Shown here: positions 18,077 to 26,891 of the stretch, in pieces
Layout: every line of letters begins with the position of its first letter
How positions within the stretch are numbered: the first letter of the stretch is position 1
Source of the DNA: an uncultured Thiotrichales bacterium
Lineage (GTDB): Bacteria > Pseudomonadota > Gammaproteobacteria > CAZUMV01
Assembly: GCA_938042355.1 (NCBI GenBank)
Contig: CALIRD010000114.1
Span: 1-47,989, forward strand
Reading direction: 5' to 3'
Length of the DNA: 47,989 nucleotides
Program-made: the position numbers and the translations under genes
The notes under the pieces: model-generated
Told to the model about the DNA's origin: nothing
What the model saw: only the letters and a program-made list of their open reading frames with translations
The model's database searches: none

Positions 18077-20119
18077 ATGCATAGTTTACTAATGAGGCTA
18101 GCGACTTGCCTTTTCATAGTTACCCTGTTGATTTCCAGCGCATTGAGGGCTGAAGAATTAACAGCAAGTGAATCCTATAACCCAGACTTTTTTTCACAGT
18201 ATGCACCTAACACAGCATTGGATATGGTGTCACGATTACCCGGTTTCATGATTTCATTTGCAGAAAACAAGAGAGGGCTTGGTCAAGGAGGCGCAAACAT
18301 ACTGATTAATGGTGAGCGAATAACGGGTAAAACAGATGCCAATTCCCAACTAGGTAGAATCTCGGCGAAAAATGTCACACGTATAGAGATTCTGGATGGA
18401 GCATCACTGGATATTCCTGGTCTTACAGGGGAAGTCGCAAACATCATTACTGCAACATCTGGAATCAGTGGCACCTGGTCATGGTCACCACAAGTTCGTC
18501 GGCGTCAGCCAGTCAGTTTGGGACACATACACGCCACTGTCTCTGGCGAATACAAGAACTGGACCTACTCTGCAGAACTGCGTAATGAACAACGGCGAAA
18601 TGGCAATTGGGGCATAGAAAAAGTGACAGCAGCAGACGGCACTTTATTTGAGACACGCAATGAAGACGGACAATATCAGGCTGACACGCCTGGACTATTA
18701 ATCGACCTGAGCTGGAAGCCTGCCGCTGATCGGACTGGCAACATCAATCTGGAATACAACCGACACAATTATAGAGAACGTGAACTGTCGAATCGAACCG
18801 CTATCACCTCACGTGGGAATACTCTGGATACCATCTTCTCTTTCGGTGAGGATGAAACCAATGGCTCAATAGGTACAGATTATGAATTCCCCTTGGCAAA
18901 CGGTACCTTGAAGACCATTGCCTATCATCGCTTTGAAGAATCACCTACCGCGTCAATTTTTGAAGTATTTGAGACCAATAATCTGGTGCAAGGCTCGCGC
19001 TTTTCTCGTCAAGCAGATGAATCAGAATCAATACTAAGAACCGAGTACTCCTGGAACACCTCTGAGGAGAGTGATTGGCAAATTGGAATTGAAGGTGCAT
19101 TCAATGTTCTGGATATTGAAGCACAACTTCAAACTCGAACCGCGCAAGAAAATTATACGGACGTCGCCCTCGAAGGTGCGTCTTCTCGAGTTGAAGAAAA
19201 ACGTTCAGAACTTACCCTTACTCACAGCCGAAAACTCAATGACAAATGGGATTTGCAAGCTTCTCTGGGAGGCGAGTTTTCCGAGTTAAGCCAGACCGGC
19301 GGACTTACTCGGGAATTTACCCGCCCTAAAGGTTTTATATCCAGCACCTATAAACCAGACGACAGTCTCTCCATACGCACCAAACTGGAACGCGAGGTCG
19401 GTCAACTGAGTTTCTTTGATTTTATTTCATCAGTCAGTGTTATAGATGATCTTAACAGTACCGGTAACGTGAATTTGGTTCCAAGCCAAAGCTGGTATGC
19501 CGAGGTTGAGTTTGACAAAGACTTTGGTGAGGGAAATAGCACCACCATAAATATCTATGGCTCAAAGATATCGGATCTGGTCGACCGAATTCCCGTTGGC
19601 GATAGCGGTGACGCGGTTGGCAACATAGACAGTGCTTATCAGTATGGCTTAACAACAAATACCACAGTAAAAGGAGACCGCTGGGGCTATGCAGGCACCG
19701 AACTGATTATTGGCCTGGATTTACAAAAATCTGAAGTGGATGATCCACTGACAGGCATTAGCCGGCGCTTGAACGGCGATGAAAAATACTATTGGGGATT
19801 AGATTTTCGCCACGATATCCCGGATACGGAATGGGCTTATGGCTTTAGTGTCAGCCAAGACAAAGATGCTCCTCGCTATCGTTTAAACAACATTGGTCAA
19901 TACGAATTCAAAGGTCCCAGAAGCAGTATATTTATTGAGCATAAAAACTTTTATGGTATGAAAGTAACCCCGTCCATTGTGAACCTATTCAGTGGCACTG
20001 ACGATTTCACCCGTCAATTGTTTACCGATCGACGTGATCTTGGCGTACTGGATTTCACAGAATCACGCTCTCGAGGCTTTGATCCATTTTTTAGCCTCGA
20101 AGTATCGAGCACCTTTTAA
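18077..20119 (+). CDS. TonB-dependent receptor-like outer membrane beta-barrel
   Basis: Signal peptide, short plug (PNTALDMVSRLPGF, NILINGER, VTRIEILDG), amphipathic beta strands, GNVNLVPSQSW, C-terminal Phe. Confidence 0.82.
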   Translation: MHSLLMRLATCLFIVTLLISSALRAEELTASESYNPDFFSQYAPNTALDMVSRLPGFMISFAENKRGLGQGGANILINGERITGKTDANSQLGRISAKNVTRIEILDGASLDIPGLTGEVANIITATSGISGTWSWSPQVRRRQPVSLGHIHATVSGEYKNWTYSAELRNEQRRNGNWGIEKVTAADGTLFETRNEDGQYQADTPGLLIDLSWKPAADRTGNINLEYNRHNYRERELSNRTAITSRGNTLDTIFSFGEDETNGSIGTDYEFPLANGTLKTIAYHRFEESPTASIFEVFETNNLVQGSRFSRQADESESILRTEYSWNTSEESDWQIGIEGAFNVLDIEAQLQTRTAQENYTDVALEGASSRVEEKRSELTLTHSRKLNDKWDLQASLGGEFSELSQTGGLTREFTRPKGFISSTYKPDDSLSIRTKLEREVGQLSFFDFISSVSVIDDLNSTGNVNLVPSQSWYAEVEFDKDFGEGNSTTINIYGSKISDLVDRIPVGDSGDAVGNIDSAYQYGLTTNTTVKGDRWGYAGTELIIGLDLQKSEVDDPLTGISRRLNGDEKYYWGLDFRHDIPDTEWAYGFSVSQDKDAPRYRLNNIGQYEFKGPRSSIFIEHKNFYGMKVTPSIVNLFSGTDDFTRQLFTDRRDLGVLDFTESRSRGFDPFFSLEVSSTF

Positions 20120-20143
20120 ATCACCACAAGAAAATTTATACAT

Positions 20144-21244
20144 CTAGAAGTTAATAATTATTTTACCTCGAGCACGGCCGGATTCTGAATAATCAATCGC
20201 TGCTGGCACTTGATCAAGCCTGTAAGTGCGGTCAATAACTGTCCTCAGCTCTCCATTCTGCATTAGCTCAGACAACAGCTTTAGATCATTCTGTGATAAT
20301 TCCGCCATTAAATTGCTAAAAGTCTGGCCTGCTTTTGGCTTGATAAATTGAAGTTTAATTATGTTTTTGAAAGGCATAATCCAATCACCAGCAGTAGCCC
20401 CTACTAATACATACGTGCCATCATCAGCTAGAATTCTTTGAAATTCTGAAGGCGAAAAATTACCTACATTATCTACAATAAGGTCAAACTTAGTGTCGCG
20501 ATCAACCACATTTTCTACTCTGTAATCGACCATATCATCCGCCCCGAGTGAAAAAACCATTTGATGATTTCTGGCACTGCTTACTCCCGTAACTTCTGCG
20601 CCAAACGATTTTGCTAATTGCACTGCATAGGTACCAACGCCACCAGAAGCTCCATTTATCAGTACTTTATTCCCAGCTGCAATAGTCCCTTTATCACGTA
20701 ACGCCTGTAAAGCTGTGATTGCAGCAATAGAAACCCCGGCGGCTTCATCAAATGATATCGACTCAGGCTTGATGGCGATGGCTCTATCATGATTGACGAC
20801 CAGATATTCAGCAAATGCACCGTTTGCTGTACCAAAAACCGCGTCGCCCGCTTTAAAATCAGATACATCACTGCCAACTTCTTCAACCACTCCTGCATAG
20901 TCAGATCCAAACGCCCTGACCTTTGGTCTTCCTATACCACTGACAAGGCGCATTACATAGGGCGAACCACGCATGTAATGCCAATCAAGTGGATTAACAG
21001 ATGCGGCTTCGACTTTTACCAGAACCTGGTTGGCAGCAGGAATCGGCTTCTCAATCAATTCAATATTCAGAACCTCAGAGGCACCGTAGCAGTTATAGGT
21101 TACTGCTTGGATCAGGCTATCCTGTTGATCTGTTGGTGTCGGTTGCAGGCAGCGGGCACTATAACCAAGCGTAAACATACTCACTAGCAACAACAGACTC
21201 AGAAGAGCCAGCAAATAGAGCGGGATTTTAAAGCGTAGTTTCAT
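20144..21244 (-). CDS. Zn-independent MDR NAD(P)-dependent oxidoreductase with N-terminal hydrophobic extension
   Basis: AASVNPLDW, GAFAEY, INGASGGVGTYAVQLAK, GRARGKIII; strong SD CAGGAGG. Confidence 0.87.
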   Translation of the reverse strand: MKLRFKIPLYLLALLSLLLLVSMFTLGYSARCLQPTPTDQQDSLIQAVTYNCYGASEVLNIELIEKPIPAANQVLVKVEAASVNPLDWHYMRGSPYVMRLVSGIGRPKVRAFGSDYAGVVEEVGSDVSDFKAGDAVFGTANGAFAEYLVVNHDRAIAIKPESISFDEAAGVSIAAITALQALRDKGTIAAGNKVLINGASGGVGTYAVQLAKSFGAEVTGVSSARNHQMVFSLGADDMVDYRVENVVDRDTKFDLIVDNVGNFSPSEFQRILADDGTYVLVGATAGDWIMPFKNIIKLQFIKPKAGQTFSNLMAELSQNDLKLLSELMQNGELRTVIDRTYRLDQVPAAIDYSESGRARGKIIINF

Positions 21245-21282
21245 CTGAACCTCCTGATATTTTTATGTCATCACTACAAACA

Positions 21283-21298
21283 TACAAAATCTATGCCA
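21283..21298 (-). promoter_or_regulatory. Possible sigma54 (-24/-12) promoter
   Basis: Minus strand TGGCATA-GATT-TTGTA has the correct spacing, but -12 reads GT rather than GC. Confidence 0.35.
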
Positions 21299-21513
21299 GA
21301 GCTACCAAAGGCTTCTGATACAGCTATACAAACAATACAATATTACTCTGCGCTGAATACACTGTAGAACAACTACGTTCTTGGTAGGAATATTACATCG
21401 GCCTTATCTTTATACCTACTCATACGAGAAGGTAACTAAGAACAAATTAGAGATTGATAAATACACCCTTTGCAATCAATATATGACCTCAATTTGATGC
21501 TATGGAGTTAAAC

Positions 21514-21810
21514 ATGCCGGCTTACATGATAATCGCTGCCAAAATCAACGATCGCGACAAATTCAGGGATGGTTACGGAACTGAAGCGGCCAAACTCGTG
21601 GCAAAACACGGTGGTGAATATCTGATACTGGCACCGGGCGCAACGCTTCTTGAAGGTACTCTGGAAGGTTATACCTCAGTAGCACTCTCTAAATGGCCAA
21701 ATAAACAAGCGGCAGAAACCTTCTGGAACTCAGATGAATATGCAGAGGTGAAAAAGCTGCGCGAAGGGCTGGCTGATGTTGAAGTTATTTTGGTGGAAAT
21801 GCCCGACTGA
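21514..21810 (+). CDS. DUF1330 family protein
   Basis: MPAYMI, KHGGEYL, LEG, FWNSDEYAEVKKLR; GGAG SD before ATG 21514. Confidence 0.85.
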   Translation: MPAYMIIAAKINDRDKFRDGYGTEAAKLVAKHGGEYLILAPGATLLEGTLEGYTSVALSKWPNKQAAETFWNSDEYAEVKKLREGLADVEVILVEMPD

Positions 21811-21838
21811 AAGCTTACAACGCTGACTTAGCAGTCCT

Positions 21839-23044
21839 TTAATTAGATTGTGTCAACATCAAGTCAACCATAACCTTGACTTCATAACCCACGGTCGGGT
21901 CATCGAACCAACCACCATCGCCAATAGCAAAATCTCTCCTATTCACAACCGCAGTACCGACCAGCGTTGCCGTATTTTCATCAACAACTTCCCAGTTGAA
22001 TTCCAGAGGCACGGATTTACTGACACCTTTCAATTCCAGTATTCCATTGGCTCGATACTGCCCGCTTTCAAGTGATTCAAAACTGGTAGCGACATAAGTA
22101 GCTTCTTGATATTTTTCAAACCAGAACCAATCCGTCAATGGCAGCAGTTCATCACGATCGTAATTATCGGTATCTACGGTCGTGGTATTAATGCTGACAT
22201 CAAAGATTGAACCTGCCAGGTCGGTGGCATCAAAATTTATCACTGGCGCAAATTCTGAAAACCCACCTTTAAATTCGATATCATCGTAAGTAGCAATAAA
22301 CGTTAACGAGCTGCTTTCGGCGTCCATTACCCATAGTGGAGCGGTCTTGGCCCCAGCAGAAACACCACTCACAGACTCTTGAGTAACAGCTTGCCCTGCT
22401 GACTGGTCTTGATTCGCTCTAGACGAAGGCGTTGAATACGACATGGTATAAGCCAGGCCAACCCAGGCAGCACTCAAGCCCAACAAAAAGGCGAGTGTAG
22501 GAACAATACCCAACCTTTCAGGCAACATTCGTGACAATAATGGAATACCAGCCAGGTGATGCTTGAATGCCATAACCACATGCCCCGCCACTAACGCCGC
22601 TAGAATACAGAACAGTGTCCAATGCGCTCTGGTAGCCGCTGTTTGAATGTCTTTATCTGGCCCCATTAACATGGGTATTTCAAACAATCCAAACCATCTG
22701 AAGGGATAATTAGCCGCTGAATTTAATATCCAGCCACTAAGCGGTAACAAAATGGCAAAGGCGTATAAAACCCAGTGACCAAGATTGGCTAGTTTCAACT
22801 CCTGCGCAGTCATACCACTAACGTCTTGCGGGGCTGCATGGATAAGACGCCAGACCAAGCGTAAACACATCAAGCCCAGGACGGTAATCCCCACCGACTT
22901 ATGCCATAAAAATAACTGCAGCTTGCCCGGCGACATTGCCGATTCGTGTGCGATCCAGCCCAACATAGCTGCGACAAAAATACACATCGCAATCAACCAA
23001 TGCATGCTTTTGGAAAAACGGCTCCAGCTGGTATAACTTGTCAT
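21839..23044 (-). CDS. Cytochrome b561 - YceI fusion protein
   Basis: Four-His b561 pattern (MHWLIA, WHKSVG, AHWTL, GHVVMAFKH) followed by a YceI domain (SSLTF, DTDNYDRD, LELKGVSKSV, VNRRDFAIG). Confidence 0.88.
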   Translation of the reverse strand: MTSYTSWSRFSKSMHWLIAMCIFVAAMLGWIAHESAMSPGKLQLFLWHKSVGITVLGLMCLRLVWRLIHAAPQDVSGMTAQELKLANLGHWVLYAFAILLPLSGWILNSAANYPFRWFGLFEIPMLMGPDKDIQTAATRAHWTLFCILAALVAGHVVMAFKHHLAGIPLLSRMLPERLGIVPTLAFLLGLSAAWVGLAYTMSYSTPSSRANQDQSAGQAVTQESVSGVSAGAKTAPLWVMDAESSSLTFIATYDDIEFKGGFSEFAPVINFDATDLAGSIFDVSINTTTVDTDNYDRDELLPLTDWFWFEKYQEATYVATSFESLESGQYRANGILELKGVSKSVPLEFNWEVVDENTATLVGTAVVNRRDFAIGDGGWFDDPTVGYEVKVMVDLMLTQSN

Positions 23045-23159
23045 GCAGACTCCTGATAAATTGTTACTAAAATATAATGTTGGTAGGGTTTATTTTAGTA
23101 TAACCTCTGTTGAGTACAAACTGATCACGCTTGTGATTTAAACACGGGAAAAAAACAGA

Positions 23160-24587
23160 ATGATTACTCGCCGAACCGCACTCAAAGGCATTGCCGCTGG
23201 CCTGGTAACCTCAGGACTTCCAACTGCACATGCCGCTACCGCAGAATCTAAAGTAGACGTAATTGTTATTGGCGCGGGACTATCCGGCCTGTATGCCGCA
23301 TCACTACTTGAAGAAATCGGCGCAACCGTTCAGGTGGTAGAGGCTCGTGACAGAGTGGGTGGTCGCGTGCACACCAATTTTGATCTGCCAGGACACCCTG
23401 AATACGGTGCCAATACCATGGGTTCCGGCTATGCTCGCACAATTAATACAGCCAAAAAACTCGGGGTTGAGTTACTGGACTACACTCCGCGTCTTGCTGC
23501 CGGCAGTCCTTTGCAACTGGTCATCAATGATCAAGTAGTAGCGTCCGACCAATGGGCAGAATCGATCTTAAACCCTTTCGAAAAAGAAAAACGAAAACAC
23601 ATGCCATGGAGACTTATTGGTTCACAACTGAAGGAAAACCCTCTCCCAACAGCAGCCGACTGGCTTAACCCTGACTATTCGAAATACGATATTCCGTTAC
23701 AGGATTATTTTTTACAACTTGGCCTCACTGATGCAGAGATCAAGCTTGCCTGGGACAATAGTCCAAGCTTTGGCACCTCTGCCGCAGATGTCTCGGCACT
23801 TACCTGGTTATTTAACAACCGCTGGATAACCGAGCAAGTAAAAATCGGCCGCTCTCAATACACCGTGGTTGGAGGCAATCAGAAACTACCGCAAGCTATG
23901 GCAGGCAACCTGAAAAAAGAAGTCATGCTTAACCGGGCAGTTACCGAGATAAATACCAGCTCAACGCCGATGGTACGCTTTGACGATGGCTCAACAATGT
24001 CAGCCAAACACATTATCAGTAGTGTGCCCTTCGCCACACTTCGCAATATATCGATTACGCCCACACTGGAAAGAGTGCAACGCACCGCAGTCAAGTCTCT
24101 TCAATATTCACGTGTTTCGCGTTTGTTTCTGGTGCCACGCACCCCCTTCTGGGAGAAAGATGGTTTATCAGAATCAATGTGGACCAATGGGCTAGCCAGC
24201 GCCATATATGCGGCCAGATTCGCCAAAGATAACAACGAAGTGACAGGACTTGCCGTCAGTGTGCGTGGCTGGGGAGCAGATCGCCTTGATCGTCTTGGAC
24301 CTGCAGGTGCCGCCGAAGCGGTGATCAAACAAATTGAAAAAATAAGACCGGCAGCCAAAGGCCAGCTAGAATTTGGCGACTACAAATCCTGGTGGATGGA
24401 ACCCTACTCCGCCGGTGCCTGGGCTGTACCAGCACCAGGGCAGGTCAGCACGCTACTACCAGAGATGAGTAAGCCGCACGGACAACTCTACTTCTGCGGT
24501 GAACACACCGCCGTTACTCAGCGTGGCATGGAAGGTGCCATGGAATCTGCAGAACGAGCCGTCATAGAAGTCGCAACGGCGATATAA
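23160..24587 (+). CDS. Tat-exported flavin monoamine oxidase family protein
   Basis: Tat signal TRRTALK...AHA, IGAGLSG, EARDRVGGR, GGNQKLP, FCGEHT...MEGAMESA. Confidence 0.85.
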   Translation: MITRRTALKGIAAGLVTSGLPTAHAATAESKVDVIVIGAGLSGLYAASLLEEIGATVQVVEARDRVGGRVHTNFDLPGHPEYGANTMGSGYARTINTAKKLGVELLDYTPRLAAGSPLQLVINDQVVASDQWAESILNPFEKEKRKHMPWRLIGSQLKENPLPTAADWLNPDYSKYDIPLQDYFLQLGLTDAEIKLAWDNSPSFGTSAADVSALTWLFNNRWITEQVKIGRSQYTVVGGNQKLPQAMAGNLKKEVMLNRAVTEINTSSTPMVRFDDGSTMSAKHIISSVPFATLRNISITPTLERVQRTAVKSLQYSRVSRLFLVPRTPFWEKDGLSESMWTNGLASAIYAARFAKDNNEVTGLAVSVRGWGADRLDRLGPAGAAEAVIKQIEKIRPAAKGQLEFGDYKSWWMEPYSAGAWAVPAPGQVSTLLPEMSKPHGQLYFCGEHTAVTQRGMEGAMESAERAVIEVATAI

Positions 24588-24595
24588 AAACCGGC

Positions 24596-26164
24596 TCAAT
24601 CCAATCCGATCACACCCGGGTTTATAATCCCATCCTGATCAAGCGAGGTTTTGATAGCGGTTACCAGTTTTGCTGCAGCAGGATTGAGACGTTGCTGGTA
24701 ATCATAGGCTCGGCCTATCTGAAAGAAACTGGCAGCGTGTTTAACATATAACTCGATCAGATCTGATTTAAAACGATCTACATATTCTCGTGCTTCCGGA
24801 TTGTCATCATAGATCGGTAGGCTTGCCAGATACTCTGCATCTACTTCTCGCTCGTGATAAACCGTGCGCGCATCGGGCCAGTAAATGGCAATCTCATAAA
24901 GAAAACCACTCGAACCGACACTGGTAAACATTCCACCTGTCCATATTCCATAACGATCCATATCCTCTTTGCGCTGCTCATAAAACTCTTGTAGCGCCGC
25001 ATGAAACAAAGGAGTTTCTCGATGACTCATCACACCATGTAAAGGTACCCAGCGCTCACCCGCCAACCCTAGGGTATTGAAGAGAGGCGCAAAGGGCATG
25101 CCTCTGACGACACTGGGAACGGTGTTCATAATCTCGTCCCCGTGAGGCGAGACTATATCGCGCAAGCGAGACAACTTGGCTTTCACCTCGGCATCACTCG
25201 ATCCATCGATAATGTAATGACAGGCAAATTTAATTTTTTTAACAGTGCGCCTGGCACCAAAAGCCAACTTGAACAATTGTGGAATACCACGAAACAAACC
25301 ATGGGTATCCAGCACGGTAGTTATCATTTCACGATATCGACCAGCATTTTCTTCTTTGCCCAGCTGGCCCTGACTCAGAGCAGCGTCCAGAGCAAAGTTT
25401 TCATCATCCAGTCCTTCCAATGAACTGGCACGCATACCAGCATGTAACGAGGCGAAATCTGCAAAGGTAAATGAAGCCGCACGAAAGAAAGGCTTGCTAC
25501 GAATTAAAGGTAGGGTAATGCTGGCTTTAATACCAAATGCTCCACAATCTCCAGTAAACAAACCGGTCAGATCAGGGCCAAAATGGCGCACTCCAGCGGC
25601 ACCCCCGGCCGCCGCTGCACCGGTAGTAAGTATCTCACCGTTGGCCAGCACAATATCCATACCAAGCACCGAGTCGGCTGAAATACCATAACCGCCCGAA
25701 CCATGACTGATTGAGTTCTGGCTTAGTGAACCACCCACTGTAGCGGCTATGCCTGAAAATGGCCCCCAAAAAGGCGTTCGCCAACCTTCAGCATCCAGGC
25801 TGTTTTTCAACTGTGCCCAGGTCACACCTGCACCTACCGTTACAACCGCATTGGTATCATCAATTGAAATATCAGACAAATCCAGAAGATCAAGTACGAC
25901 ATAGGCAAGGTTTTGAGTTACATAGCCATCGGAGTAGGAGGCGCCTCCGCCCCTGGGCACGACCTTCAACTTGCTGTTATTGGCTGCCTTGATAGCAGCT
26001 GCCAGACTCTTAATGCTCGCTGGACGAACTCCTGCAACGGGTCTATCACCTGAGCGATAAACATCTGTGCTCAGATATTCGAGCTCATCATTGTCTGTGA
26101 TCAGTTCATTGTGATGACAACCACCAGCTACCGCCAACTCTACAAATTGATGCTGTGAATCCAT
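24596..26164 (-). CDS. FAD-binding oxidoreductase (VAO/PCMH, FAD_binding_4 fold)
   Basis: PRGGGASYSDG, VGAGVTW, ATVGGSLSQN, GPDLTGLFTGDCGAFGI, C-terminal DQDGIINPG; ATG 26164 preferred. Confidence 0.82.
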   Translation of the reverse strand: MDSQHQFVELAVAGGCHHNELITDNDELEYLSTDVYRSGDRPVAGVRPASIKSLAAAIKAANNSKLKVVPRGGGASYSDGYVTQNLAYVVLDLLDLSDISIDDTNAVVTVGAGVTWAQLKNSLDAEGWRTPFWGPFSGIAATVGGSLSQNSISHGSGGYGISADSVLGMDIVLANGEILTTGAAAAGGAAGVRHFGPDLTGLFTGDCGAFGIKASITLPLIRSKPFFRAASFTFADFASLHAGMRASSLEGLDDENFALDAALSQGQLGKEENAGRYREMITTVLDTHGLFRGIPQLFKLAFGARRTVKKIKFACHYIIDGSSDAEVKAKLSRLRDIVSPHGDEIMNTVPSVVRGMPFAPLFNTLGLAGERWVPLHGVMSHRETPLFHAALQEFYEQRKEDMDRYGIWTGGMFTSVGSSGFLYEIAIYWPDARTVYHEREVDAEYLASLPIYDDNPEAREYVDRFKSDLIELYVKHAASFFQIGRAYDYQQRLNPAAAKLVTAIKTSLDQDGIINPGVIGLD

Positions 26165-26288
26165 ACTTTCTTCCAGACTAAAGTGACAATATGCCAAGAG
26201 TATGCATCACCACACTATACATACCAAAGATGCTCACCGACTATTTCATACTATGAATCACATTGGGTAATCACCACACATCTGAAAT

Positions 26289-26738
26289 TTAATCCAAAGG
26301 TAATAACGTCGTACGCTTCATGGTCTCCATGACAAAACTGGCACTCACATCAAACAAGTCTGCGGCAATCAGTTTTTTGTATAAATCGTCATAATCTTTC
26401 ATGTCTTTTACAACAGCTTTAATCAGATAATCAAGATCACCACTCATTCTGTAAGCTTCCAGCACACCGGGAATATTACTGGTAACGTTGCGAAATGTTG
26501 TCATCCAGTCTTCGTTGTGTTGGTTGGTGCGCACCGAAATATACACCGTCAATGGCAAGTTAACCTTTTCCTCATCCAGCAAGGCAACTCGCGCGCGAAT
26601 GACGCCATCTGCTTCAAGATTTTGTATGCGACGCCAGCAAGCCGATTTTGATATGCCAATCTTTTCTGCGATGACACCAACCGGCAATACTGCGTCTACC
26701 TGAATTTGTTTCAAAATCTCTTTATCCAGCTTATCCAT
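26289..26738 (-). CDS. Lrp/AsnC family regulator, DecR-like
   Basis: MDKLDKEIL, SKSACWRRIQNLEADGVI, YRMSGDLDYLIK, FVMETMKRTTLLPL. Confidence 0.85.
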   Translation of the reverse strand: MDKLDKEILKQIQVDAVLPVGVIAEKIGISKSACWRRIQNLEADGVIRARVALLDEEKVNLPLTVYISVRTNQHNEDWMTTFRNVTSNIPGVLEAYRMSGDLDYLIKAVVKDMKDYDDLYKKLIAADLFDVSASFVMETMKRTTLLPLD

Positions 26739-26762
26739 GCAGATTACAACACCTATTTGAAA

Positions 26763-26796
26763 ATTGTTCCCTATAATATAGATTTAAAGGAATAAT
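26763..26796. promoter_or_regulatory. Inverted repeat in the Lrp/class V PLP enzyme divergent intergenic region
   Basis: ATTGTTCC (26763-26770) ... GGAATAAT (26789-26796), one mismatch, in AT-rich Lrp-like sequence. Confidence 0.3.
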
Positions 26797-26891
26797 ATGC
26801 TATTTTTTAACGCGACTGTGCTCGTATTAGGCACATAATTCACAATAAATCCACATAAAATACCATTTCTTATAGCCCAGACTGGACCTTG

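Noticed and set aside
21839-23044. Cytochrome b561-YceI fusion as a novelty
   Set aside because: yceJ-yceI pairing and fusions are already well known in proteobacteria.
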